Part shown: positions 47,856 to 56,607 of the stretch, one piece after another
Numbering within the stretch: the first letter of the stretch is position 1
Layout of the letters: each line of letters opens with the position of its first letter
Virus record (IMG/VR): IMGVR_UViG_3300035188_001379
Span: 64,001-128,000 of that record
Reading direction: 5' to 3' (one strand)
Origin: a virus
Length of the DNA stretch: 64,000 nt
Position numbers and translations under genes: made by a program
The notes under the pieces: model-generated
Database searches by the model: none
What the model was told of the DNA's origin: nothing
Seen by the model: only the letters and a program-made list of their open reading frames with translations

Positions 47856-47864
47856 TGGTATAAT
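47856..47864 (+). promoter_or_regulatory. Extended -10 promoter TGGTATAAT
   Basis: Exact intergenic motif, repeated at 58156, 59617, 61029 and 61560. Confidence 0.7.
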
Positions 47865-47920
47865 ATATTGATGTAGCCGCTATTAGTGTCTGCATTCTTT
47901 AACAACTAAACCAAATCAAA

Positions 47921-48607
47921 ATGAGTGTTGTAATCCCTGAAACAGAAGAGAACGTGTTTGACGGTATTTTCTTAGAGGCCTGCCTCAAGAAAAGACTCCA
48001 AAGTCTGGTAAGCGAGACCACGCAGGAGCAAGACTTCTCCGTGTTTCCTCATCATCTCAGAAGCCCAGAAGTCTGGGTAAAAGATGAGAACGGTGAGGAA
48101 ATCAAGAGCGTAGAAAGTGTGATAAGAATGTTGCACAGCCTTACTGACGTACAAGAAGTCGCAACATACTACGGCTTCGACCACGACAAAGTCATAATGC
48201 TTAACGGCGCGCTACCTTTGAGTTGGCAGGCGCAGGTTAAAAATGTGATGGTCAGGCATCTACCAGGAAAGTATGTAAGAAATGGTGTAGACTGCGTATT
48301 TCTTGCAGAGATGCCTGCGATAGGTAAAGCGCCTAGAGGTAAGCGTAAATTAGTTGCTCGAGGTGTTCCTGGTGGAGCAATACTCACAAATGCTAGTTGG
48401 GACAATGTACCCAAAAAAGAAATTGTGAAGTATTACCATAATGTAACACTGAAGATCACCAGAGATAATCCAGAAGAGCAGATGCTGCTCAGCTGGTTCC
48501 CTGGGCTAGATCTAAAGTCCAACGTTTGCGATGGCCTAGAAGGAGTCTTTGTAGAGCTTCAAGGAGGTGCTCAATACAACAGACCTCAGTTTGCTGGGCG
48601 TCGATAG
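47921..48607 (+). CDS. Hypothetical protein
   Basis: 228-aa ORF with A/C-rich leader, downstream of the promoter. Confidence 0.7.
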   Translation: MSVVIPETEENVFDGIFLEACLKKRLQSLVSETTQEQDFSVFPHHLRSPEVWVKDENGEEIKSVESVIRMLHSLTDVQEVATYYGFDHDKVIMLNGALPLSWQAQVKNVMVRHLPGKYVRNGVDCVFLAEMPAIGKAPRGKRKLVARGVPGGAILTNASWDNVPKKEIVKYYHNVTLKITRDNPEEQMLLSWFPGLDLKSNVCDGLEGVFVELQGGAQYNRPQFAGRR

Positions 48608-48624
48608 TTCAAAGTATAGTGCAA

Positions 48625-48649
48625 GGTGGGGAGCTAATAACTCCCCACC
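48625..48649 (+). terminator. GC-rich hairpin (terminator or attenuator)
   Basis: GGTGGGGAG-CTAATAA-CTCCCCACC; short T-tail. Confidence 0.5.
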
Positions 48650-48656
48650 GTTTACT

Positions 48657-49353
48657 ATGAAAACCCTGGTATTCGTTAGCGGTATGGCTCTGATGGGCGC
48701 TATTGCGGTGGCTGTGAAAAACGACCTGCTGCAGTACGTCTATCTCATTACTTCTGCTGTAGTTTTTTCTGCAGCAGCTGTCGGAGGGTTACTACATTAC
48801 TTTAAAGAAGAAAATGTAGACTTCCGAGAAGTATATCGAGAGAAATACTTGATGCAAAAAGAGCAAATCGAAAAACTTAAAAAAGTAATTGAACAGCAAA
48901 AGCAATACACATCATGAGTATCTAGATCTTTCTTTGCTTATACCTGTTAAATTTCTTGTGGTGAGTGCAGGATTAAAAACGCTAGAAAAACACTACAAGA
49001 ACAATGAAGATTTTTACGACGATTTTACAAAGTTCAACTTCTGTAGCAACGCACCTAAAAAGCTTCCTAGAAATAAAAATGTAAATTTTTCAAACCTACC
49101 AAGAGAAGCAGAAAAAACTGTGTGCAACGCTAAAGAAAAGCTTTATAAAAAATCGACGAGAGAAATCTTTGATGTTTTGGGGATAGCCCCTACCTCTGTG
49201 AATAAATTTTCTCCTCTTGAGGCTAAATGGGAATTTGAGTACTGGCGAAAATTCAATACTCTTGAATATAAGAAGGAAAACGAGATAACTCTCGCAGAGC
49301 TTCTTCGCCCTTTGAACCAGCAAGAATTGCAAGAATATTTGCAGATGTTTTGA
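48657..49353 (+). CDS. Two hypothetical CDSs (48657-48917 membrane protein; 48889-49353, start uncertain)
   Basis: The first has two TM segments and a coiled coil. Confidence 0.55.
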
Positions 49354-49358
49354 ATAAT

Positions 49359-49398
49359 AAAAGGGAAGGCTCGTAAGGGTTTTCCCTTTTTTTTAGCT
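49359..49398 (+). terminator. Intrinsic terminator ending T-run+AGCT
   Basis: AAAAGGGAAGGCTC-GTAA-GGGTTTTCCCTTTT then TTTTAGCT. Confidence 0.75.
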
Positions 49399-49422
49399 AT
49401 TAGGCAAGCTATAATGGGATAA

Positions 49423-49710
49423 ATGGACAATCAATCAAACCCCCACGGATTCATGTTGCCTGAGAGTTTTCTTACCCAGCTATCAGAATATACGCGAGGG
49501 TATATGCTCCTTGTGTGCAATGAAAAAGGAGAGCTCTATGCTCACGAAGCTTACGATAACCCTGTAATTAAGCTTGGGTTAATCAACTTTGCAGATATGC
49601 ACATATCTGCAACATTAAGCCATATGCATAACGCAGCTATCAATGACGAAGATATGCTGCATAGCGAAGAAGAAGACGACGAAGATGAGTCTGGTGAGCG
49701 TGACAGCTAG
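49423..49710 (+). CDS. Hypothetical protein with acidic tail
   Basis: 95-aa ORF convergent with the lysozyme gene. Confidence 0.65.
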   Translation: MDNQSNPHGFMLPESFLTQLSEYTRGYMLLVCNEKGELYAHEAYDNPVIKLGLINFADMHISATLSHMHNAAINDEDMLHSEEEDDEDESGERDS

Positions 49711-50306
49711 GCGCACTTCTCAACAAGCTTTGCCTCTTTTTCGCGACGGTCTATAAGCCCGCTGCCTTTCTGCCACAGTCTTTTCATGCTTCTGATTTGC
49801 TGAGCAATTTGCTTATAATTTTTATCAGCAACAAGCTCCTTTATCTCGAGCATCTCTTTTCTAGTAGGGCCTTTTAAACTCATGCCTCTGTTGAATACTA
49901 GCGAAACGAGTGCAGTTTGTGCAGAATTACAAAGATTTTCTACTCCTGGAAAAGTGCGTTCCGTGTACTTTGTAAATTTAGGAAGAATGTGTAGCTCGAA
50001 TACACTGACAGCCTCATCCCATTCAAAAGTAATTCCCTTGAGCTTTTTGGTGTATGCTTCAGCGATTACACCCTTTTTACCTCTACCGTTCTGAATTAAA
50101 TCTAATTCATGCTCTGTAGTGAGAGGTTTGAAGATTTTGTCAATCTCGGTCGCAGTGTAGTAGCCTATATCTATACCTACCATAGCTGTAGGACCACTCA
50201 TTCCTTTAGGCCATATAAAGGTACGCTTGTATACTTGCTCGTAATAATCGCGACCACCTGTCTCTTCTTCGATGATAAAATCTACACCTGCTTGATCAAT
50301 TTTCAT
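49707..50306 (-). CDS. Endolysin, lysozyme-like (GH24-related)
   Basis: Catalytic-type E in FIIEEE, WPKGMSGPT..VG.D.G, ALVSLVFNRG, GL..RREKEA. Confidence 0.8.
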   Translation of the reverse strand: MKIDQAGVDFIIEEETGGRDYYEQVYKRTFIWPKGMSGPTAMVGIDIGYYTATEIDKIFKPLTTEHELDLIQNGRGKKGVIAEAYTKKLKGITFEWDEAVSVFELHILPKFTKYTERTFPGVENLCNSAQTALVSLVFNRGMSLKGPTRKEMLEIKELVADKNYKQIAQQIRSMKRLWQKGSGLIDRREKEAKLVEKCA

Positions 50307-50311
50307 AAAAG

Positions 50312-50728
50312 TTAGTCATGCAGCTCGTAGTCATCTTCTTTCTCATTTCCTACGTTCTTGGTAGTAATATCGACTATCTGTACATTGGTTGAAGTTGAAG
50401 CGCTGCTGCTGCTATTATAGCGAAGGTCGACCACTGCCTGTCCTCCAAGATAAACAGCCATAATGGCTGCAAATACTTCAATAGTTTTAGAGAACATTAC
50501 AGAATAAGTCGTAATTAGCTCTGTTTGATTTCCCATCAAAAAAAGAATTGCAACACTTGAGGCGTAGAATAAGCCTAAAATCAAAAAGCCCGAAAAAGCT
50601 ATGAAGAACTTTTTAGAGGCTAAATGGTTCGTATTCTCTAACTCTGCTTTTTTATTTTCAGGGGTGCCTGGGGGTGCTACACCAGTCTGTAAAAAAGAAG
50701 CGGCTGTTTTTAGTAATCTAGGCAGCAT
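50312..50728 (-). CDS. Holin-like membrane protein
   Basis: Two TM helices, charged C-terminal tail, next to endolysin. Confidence 0.55.
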   Translation of the reverse strand: MLPRLLKTAASFLQTGVAPPGTPENKKAELENTNHLASKKFFIAFSGFLILGLFYASSVAILFLMGNQTELITTYSVMFSKTIEVFAAIMAVYLGGQAVVDLRYNSSSSASTSTNVQIVDITTKNVGNEKEDDYELHD

Positions 50729-50731
50729 AAA

Positions 50732-51241
50732 TTAAAAAGTGAAATAGATGGCAAGATAACCTAACCAAAAAACAAGTACGGGAGAAGCAAGAGAAACTAC
50801 AGGAGACCATACACCAAACGCAGCTGAGAAGTTTTTTAAAAAAGGTGCACCTACAGATAAATAAAGAAATAGCAGCAACCCTCCACAGATATAGCCAAAG
50901 ATTTGTCTTACTCTATGATACTTCACAACAAGCTCTTTTTGCTTGTTCTTTTCTACATCTACTTCTCGCTTTGTTTCACTTAATTTACTCTCAAAGTCTA
51001 GAGATTCTTCATAATAGCGCTCTTTCTCTTCTTGCTGCGTCACACCCCAACTTTCAAGAGATTGCAGATTTTGCTGCAGCTTAAGATTGTCCTGTTGGAG
51101 TTCTCGAACCAAAGAATCAGCTATTTGAAGATCTTGCTGAAGCAGAGCGAGCTCTTCAGCGATCTGCTGCTTCAAATTAACTGGCTTTGCACCAAAAGAG
51201 GTACTAGCAAAGCAGATTAAAAATAAAATAACCCTTAACAT
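50732..51241 (-). CDS. Spanin-like coiled-coil membrane protein
   Basis: N-terminal signal/TM, long coiled coil, C-terminal TM segments. Confidence 0.45.
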   Translation of the reverse strand: MLRVILFLICFASTSFGAKPVNLKQQIAEELALLQQDLQIADSLVRELQQDNLKLQQNLQSLESWGVTQQEEKERYYEESLDFESKLSETKREVDVEKNKQKELVVKYHRVRQIFGYICGGLLLFLYLSVGAPFLKNFSAAFGVWSPVVSLASPVLVFWLGYLAIYFTF

Positions 51242-51244
51242 AAT

Positions 51245-51457
51245 TTACTCTAGGTTATCTAGCATCAGCCTTATCTTTTCAGCTCTAAAGTTAGCTTCAT
51301 TGATACTCTTACTTATAGAAAGAATACTGCTATTCATTTTTTCAGAGCTGACGGTGATTTTTGGTTTTGGAGTGTCTGTAGGGGCACCTAGTTTAGGCTT
51401 GCTAGTAGCGCACCCAACTAAAGTTAAATAGACAACAACCAGCAAAAACCTCCGCAT
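51245..51457 (-). CDS. Lipoprotein (o-spanin-like)
   Basis: Lipobox LVGC after a hydrophobic signal; Pro/Lys-rich linker. Confidence 0.6.
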   Translation of the reverse strand: MRRFLLVVVYLTLVGCATSKPKLGAPTDTPKPKITVSSEKMNSSILSISKSINEANFRAEKIRLMLDNLE

Positions 51458-51462
51458 AGTAG

Positions 51463-51981
51463 CTATTTTAATGAAGCTTTCGACTTGTAAAAGTCATCCT
51501 GCTGCTTGTTGATAAAGGCCAATGCTTTATTCAAATCTTCTTTGAGAGCATCTTGCTTTGTGTTCTGTAGGTTTAAAGACCATGCCGCGCCTACGAATTG
51601 AAACAGCAGGGCAGCTACAGAGGTGATCAGAAGACGTATCATCCAGGTTTTCATCTCAACATAACTATTAGCTGTTTGTCGGAGAAATTCAAAATCCTTA
51701 GCCATGCTGTTCACATCTTTAACCAGAGAGGCTAATGTTCCCTTTAAGCCGTTGTTACCATCCACACCTATAGTGATATGCTTGTTGTCTCTAGCCATAT
51801 CACGTATTTCATTAATGGTAGCTCCGAGTAACCTAAACTGCTCTTGTGTAGTAGCAATATAGGACTCTAGGCGTATTTTGATGTTAGTTATCTCGGCATC
51901 AGTAACTTTTTTCTGACTTTGAAGTTCTGTAACATCTGAGGCTAAATCTCTTATATCTGGGTCGTCAAAATGCGAACTCAT
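51463..51981 (-). CDS. Coiled-coil protein with C-terminal TM (lysis-associated or holin-like)
   Basis: Coiled coil, IGVDGNNGL, TM WMIRLLITSVAALLFQFVGAAW. Confidence 0.55.
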   Translation of the reverse strand: MSSHFDDPDIRDLASDVTELQSQKKVTDAEITNIKIRLESYIATTQEQFRLLGATINEIRDMARDNKHITIGVDGNNGLKGTLASLVKDVNSMAKDFEFLRQTANSYVEMKTWMIRLLITSVAALLFQFVGAAWSLNLQNTKQDALKEDLNKALAFINKQQDDFYKSKASLK

Positions 51982-52025
51982 AGGCGTAAAAAATAGAGGA
52001 TAATATGGTTTAATTATACCCTAAT

Positions 52026-52409
52026 TTAGCTTTCGTGTCGCTTGATAATTTCTATTTTTTCTTCAGGATCAACCTGCTCTTCATCAGAGACATAGTAATT
52101 AAACTCTTTTTCATTATATGCAGATTTTTCTTCTGCAGAGTCATCCGTGTCTTCGGCTGCAGCTGCCTCCTTTTTGCTTCCTCTAAAAACAGAGCGTACA
52201 GAATCATTGTACACCTTGCTTACAATTAAGAGTTCGCTGGTACCGTTTTCACCAAGATATACACCTTTTCTCGGGATATCTAGAGCGTGCTCTACACAAG
52301 TCCATCGAGACTCTGGTATCCCCAGCATCTCTAAAGCCTCGATTCGTTCAGGAGGAATCACTTTGCCGCTCACTACGCATTTGTGCTCTTTCTTTTGTTG
52401 GTTTTCCAT
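52026..52409 (-). CDS. DksA/TraR-type Zn-finger variant protein
   Basis: CVVSGKVIPPERIEAL...TCVEH matches C..CG..IP..RL.A.P....CV.C with C-to-S and C-to-H changes. Confidence 0.55.
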   Translation of the reverse strand: MENQQKKEHKCVVSGKVIPPERIEALEMLGIPESRWTCVEHALDIPRKGVYLGENGTSELLIVSKVYNDSVRSVFRGSKKEAAAAEDTDDSAEEKSAYNEKEFNYYVSDEEQVDPEEKIEIIKRHES

Positions 52410-52416
52410 ACGGTTA

Positions 52417-54186
52417 TTATTGTTGAGGTTGGGCTGCCTGCTGCTTTGCTCCTTGTAGGCCTTGAGATCTAGACTGGGCCGTCATTTGCTCGAGTTGAGC
52501 TTTGACCTGTGCATATAGGTCTTGATCCTGCGCCTTAATTTGCTGAAGCGTAGCCCTGCGTTGCGCTCCGTCCTGCGGAAAGAGTTGCTGGGCAATCTGC
52601 TGCGCTTGAGCAAGAGCGTCTTGAGGAGTAACTCCTCCTCCGCCCGGCATTCCGCCTCCGCCAGGAGCACCTTGTTGAGGTGTGCCCTGAAGCATCTGCA
52701 TAACATTCTGCTGCATTGCTTCGGATATCTGCTGCTTCTCTTGCTCCTCTCTTTGGATATCTGCAGTAATTCTGTCCTCTTCCATTTTCTTTCTGATTTG
52801 ATCTTCGTAATCGAAATTGTAGAGTTTGAGTAGCTCGGAGCGAGCAATAGAGTTGGCAGAAACAAGCTGACTCACAACAGACTTGCGCTCCATGTCGTCT
52901 GCAAATGTAATAGGAATTAAGGAAATTTTAGCCTTAGGAAGCCCGACAATATTACCAATCACACTACCCAGATGATTCAATAGCCTGTTATAATTGCTAG
53001 GAATAACGCTCCAAGCATTTTCAAACATACGTAGCATAGGTCCTGCAGCCTGCTGTTGAAAGCTCATCTGGAACATTTCAACTGGAACATCCAGCGCGTT
53101 CAGAATAGCGTTTTTTGCGTGCTCCATCATTTCTACAGGTGCAAGCTTGGTTCCTTCACCACCCAGCTGCTGGTAGTTTAAGGGGAATGGAAACTTATGG
53201 TATGACCCTGGATCTCTGCGGTGTTCCTCGATCATATTATCTACAGCAGACGACCAGACAGCACCATTCTGATTTAGTAGCGGGTTTGCTGCAGGGTTAG
53301 AACTGTCTCCCATAGCAATGATTCTAAACGGAGCGATGTCTTCAAAGCAGATTACTTCGTTATATCTTTTGAGTGTCTGCAGCATGAAGAGATCTTCAAA
53401 CACAAACATACTTGGAGGGATAGCCTTACCATCTGTTCTGATTGTGTTTGGTGTATCAAGTTTTAGGTGCAGAAAGTTTTTAGAATTGAATGCGAGCATC
53501 GTTTTATTGAAGATGCACTCAAAAATGATCTGAGGAGTCTTTTTGCTATAAAACTTATTGTTTTTAGTGACTACCTTTTTAGCATATTGCTGAGGGATGT
53601 CCCAAAAATACTCAGACTCCCCTGTAGTTTCTTCATAGCGAATCTTAATTTCTTTGGCAGGCCAATGCACAACATGAATTTTATCAATATCGTTTGCAGG
53701 CTTATCCTGGCATTTGTGCTGCCCCTTATAGCCACATTTAAGGCAGCCCATACTATACTGCCCCTTGTTAAACTCAAAGTTCTGGAGCTTGTCGATATTG
53801 GTTGTCTTTGCACAAGAGGGACAAACCAAATAGCGGTAAAAACCCTGGTTGACTGTGATAAACTCGTTACCAAAAGCCAAAAGATTCAGTCCAGCTTTAG
53901 CGCATATCTTTTTCCAATTAAGGCTATCCAAGAGCTCAGCATACTTTTTCTTTGCTTCTTCATCGTCACACTCAATGGACAATGACGTGATAAAGTAGTT
54001 GGCGATACGGTTTAGCGCCTGCTTATAGAAGCCGTTCCTGAACAAAAAGTGCTCTGCCCAAAGCAACATACCTTCAATATTCATCGGCAAATATTGCAGA
54101 GGAATATTATAGAATGGATTGGAGTATCTGTCGCGACCGTTATCGCCTACCTTGAAATAGCTTTGGGGATCGTCTGGAGTAGTCAT
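52417..54186 (-). CDS. Probable portal protein
   Basis: 589 aa, helical, next to lysis and virion genes, Gln/Gly-rich C-terminus, internal CPSC...CLKC insertion. Confidence 0.6.
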   Translation of the reverse strand: MTTPDDPQSYFKVGDNGRDRYSNPFYNIPLQYLPMNIEGMLLWAEHFLFRNGFYKQALNRIANYFITSLSIECDDEEAKKKYAELLDSLNWKKICAKAGLNLLAFGNEFITVNQGFYRYLVCPSCAKTTNIDKLQNFEFNKGQYSMGCLKCGYKGQHKCQDKPANDIDKIHVVHWPAKEIKIRYEETTGESEYFWDIPQQYAKKVVTKNNKFYSKKTPQIIFECIFNKTMLAFNSKNFLHLKLDTPNTIRTDGKAIPPSMFVFEDLFMLQTLKRYNEVICFEDIAPFRIIAMGDSSNPAANPLLNQNGAVWSSAVDNMIEEHRRDPGSYHKFPFPLNYQQLGGEGTKLAPVEMMEHAKNAILNALDVPVEMFQMSFQQQAAGPMLRMFENAWSVIPSNYNRLLNHLGSVIGNIVGLPKAKISLIPITFADDMERKSVVSQLVSANSIARSELLKLYNFDYEDQIRKKMEEDRITADIQREEQEKQQISEAMQQNVMQMLQGTPQQGAPGGGGMPGGGGVTPQDALAQAQQIAQQLFPQDGAQRRATLQQIKAQDQDLYAQVKAQLEQMTAQSRSQGLQGAKQQAAQPQQ

Positions 54187-54350
54187 TAGTTATTTTGCTC
54201 TTCGAGTTCTGAAAGCTTTATAGGTTTATTAAGATTATGCTTATTACTTTCATCAGCCACTGCGAATCCCTCAAGATCCACATACTCGGCGACTTTGGTG
54301 TTATCGAAGTCGCTTTTTGATTTTTCTGTTAACATGCCGTTTTTTTCCAT
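54186..54350 (-). CDS. 54-aa hypothetical protein coupled to the portal gene
   Basis: MEKNGMLTEKSKSDFDN...; its TAA overlaps the portal ATG (TAATG). Confidence 0.55.
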   Translation of the reverse strand: MEKNGMLTEKSKSDFDNTKVAEYVDLEGFAVADESNKHNLNKPIKLSELEEQNN

Positions 54351-54352
54351 AT

Positions 54353-54988
54353 TTAATTTTCTTCCGGTACTTTAAAAAGAATCATATATTTTTTAGAACT
54401 GTCGGGCGAGTCAAAAGTAACGCCAGGATAATATACACTATATGGATAAGAGTCTACAGAATAAAATGTAAGTAGCTCACCTGCCTTGGGTTCAAAAATA
54501 ACAGAGTCTGCGTCTGAAAAAACGAGCATAAAAGCAGCGCCATGTTCAACAACGTGCTCTACCTTTGCCTTCATTTTACCGAAGGCATTTTCAAACTGAA
54601 CTGTTTTGAATTTCACAGGCTCTAGCTCTTTCACTGGTATATAGGCTTGAGGTTCAGTGTATTCAAACATAGGAGAGGCTTTCCTGCTTTTGTTCTTTTT
54701 GGGAGCTTTGCCGTTGCGGTGCGTTGAAGTCTGAATAACTTTCCCTCCATTTCTTTGCAGAGCCTCATGAAGCTCTTTCTGCACAGACTCGATATCTGAA
54801 GAGTCGCCATAGATAGCTACGCCATTGTCTATCAATTTACTCCCTGTTGCAGAATAAACCGATTTACTTGGATCAGAGCTGCCAACTACCAAATCTCCCA
54901 CCTGGAACATGCTAGTGTCGCTGTTTGTTGTTTTCATAATTTGATTGATTTTGCAGATTCGCCGCCTTAATGTATAATATAGAAGCAC
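54353..54988 (-). CDS. Hypothetical protein
   Basis: 211-aa ORF upstream of portal; likely start at the internal MKTTNS. Confidence 0.6.
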   Translation of the reverse strand: MLLYYTLRRRICKINQIMKTTNSDTSMFQVGDLVVGSSDPSKSVYSATGSKLIDNGVAIYGDSSDIESVQKELHEALQRNGGKVIQTSTHRNGKAPKKNKSRKASPMFEYTEPQAYIPVKELEPVKFKTVQFENAFGKMKAKVEHVVEHGAAFMLVFSDADSVIFEPKAGELLTFYSVDSYPYSVYYPGVTFDSPDSSKKYMILFKVPEEN

Positions 54989-55013
54989 GATAGCAACCTA
55001 TTTCTTAGATCAA

Positions 55014-56480
55014 ATGGCGATCAGTATACAATTATTGCGGCAAAGTACGATAGAGGTTCCTGAAATATCCTCATACAAACTCGTTGTAAGTACGGTCAAC
55101 GCTCAAAATATGTCTGACAAAATTTTTGTCAAACAGAGAATTCGTAATTTCGCCAGAGATAGATTTGATGATGTTTTCGTAGCAGTATGCACGCCTACTC
55201 AGCTTGAAGATTTTGAAGAGGACGCTCCTGGTGAGGGCACATCCTATTTTAGAACAAACACTATAGAGCTTGTGGCTAGAACTGCAGAGGAAATTCAAAC
55301 AGTTTTTGACTCGCTTGTATACGAAACAAAAAAACTTGTAGTAGACCTCACCGATCTTGAAAACCTAGAACAAGCAAGAATTTTTAATATCTCAGCAATA
55401 GACCCTGTAGAAGAGTTATCGCCTGAGCCTGTCATCACAAACGTAGTGAGAAATGCTAGTGAGGGATTGATAGTTGTAGGCTTTACGGCAGAGGAAACAG
55501 AGCTAGCCCTGCCTGCGTTGAGTTATCAGTATAGCTTAGACGGAGGACTTTCCTGGAAAGATGCGCTTCCAAGAGATACCTCAAGTCCTCTAACAATCGT
55601 AGACCCGTCTCCTCTCACTACACATAATCTGAAAATTAGGTCTTTGCTAGGTAAAGGAAAATATGGAGTACCTTCTGCGGGGACTTTCGTGCTGCCTATT
55701 GCTTCTTCAACAGCTCCAACAGACTTGCAGGTAACTCCTGGTAACCAGCAGCTGAGTGTTGCGTTTACGCCTCCTGAAAACACAGAGGTAATCAATTACG
55801 AATATAGCGTAAACAACGGGGCAGTGTGGACGACAAGAACACCTCAAAGTAACTCTTCGCCACTAGTAATCACAGGATTAACTAACGGCACAGCATATAA
55901 CATTAAATTGAGAGGCATAAATACACTAGGTTGCGGAGTTTCATCTGCGGCAGCAACAGGAACACCTGTCGCACCTGCTGCAACTTTTTGGCAATCTTGT
56001 AGCGCAGGCGGAGGTATAGTTCAAATAGACGACTTGCAGTTGCTGGCAAATAATTGGAAGCAAGACTCTACAGGAACAGCCTCAGGATGGACGATAGTAA
56101 AAAATAACAAAGCTGTAGCGTTAAGTACACTAAGTGGTACAGGAACGTTAAGGTTGCGCTGTTGTTATAAAAATAAAAATCTAGGAAGTCATTCAGCAGA
56201 CGGCAAAGAATATCCAAGCATACAAGTGTCTCAACTTAGCGCAGCTATCGGACCTGCAGGATATTTTAGAATGACATGGAACGGTAAGCAGCTATTTAAT
56301 TTAACGGCACAAAACACTGTTTCAAATACGTTCAGTTACTATCCAGCTAGTTCAGTGAGCGGAGGCGGCTACGGAAATGCAGGTACACTTGATCTAAACC
56401 AAACAGGGCTTATAGATGTGTTGATAGAGGGCAGCAATTTAACTTCGGGTGCTTTAGGCTTCAATTTCTTCTATGACTAG
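55014..56480 (+). CDS. Fibronectin type III repeat protein, probable virion/tail component
   Basis: Two FN3 repeats (YQYSLDGGLSW; APTDLQVTPGNQQLSVAFTPP...YEYSVNNG..W...ITGLTNGTAYNIKLRGIN). Confidence 0.8.
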   Translation: MAISIQLLRQSTIEVPEISSYKLVVSTVNAQNMSDKIFVKQRIRNFARDRFDDVFVAVCTPTQLEDFEEDAPGEGTSYFRTNTIELVARTAEEIQTVFDSLVYETKKLVVDLTDLENLEQARIFNISAIDPVEELSPEPVITNVVRNASEGLIVVGFTAEETELALPALSYQYSLDGGLSWKDALPRDTSSPLTIVDPSPLTTHNLKIRSLLGKGKYGVPSAGTFVLPIASSTAPTDLQVTPGNQQLSVAFTPPENTEVINYEYSVNNGAVWTTRTPQSNSSPLVITGLTNGTAYNIKLRGINTLGCGVSSAAATGTPVAPAATFWQSCSAGGGIVQIDDLQLLANNWKQDSTGTASGWTIVKNNKAVALSTLSGTGTLRLRCCYKNKNLGSHSADGKEYPSIQVSQLSAAIGPAGYFRMTWNGKQLFNLTAQNTVSNTFSYYPASSVSGGGYGNAGTLDLNQTGLIDVLIEGSNLTSGALGFNFFYD

Positions 56481-56535
56481 AAAACTAAAAATAAGCTTGC
56501 TGAGTCAAAAGCTGGCCGTAAACTTGTAAAAGTGC

Positions 56536-56566
56536 GTACAATTTTCAAAACTACCCAAAATTGTAC
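56536..56566. repeat. Perfect 10-bp inverted repeat (operator-like)
   Basis: GTACAATTTT-N11-AAAATTGTAC upstream of 56608. Confidence 0.6.
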
Positions 56567-56607
56567 AGGTATTGTACGTAGCGTTAAGTAAACAAGCTTA
56601 GCAACTT

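Noticed and set aside
100-49430. Numerous minus-strand ORFs of 60-140 aa in the ORF track
   Set aside because: They lie antisense to well-supported + strand genes and have no motifs; treated as shadow ORFs
50109-53985. Plus-strand ORFs over the lysis and portal genes
   Set aside because: Antisense shadows of the minus-strand operon
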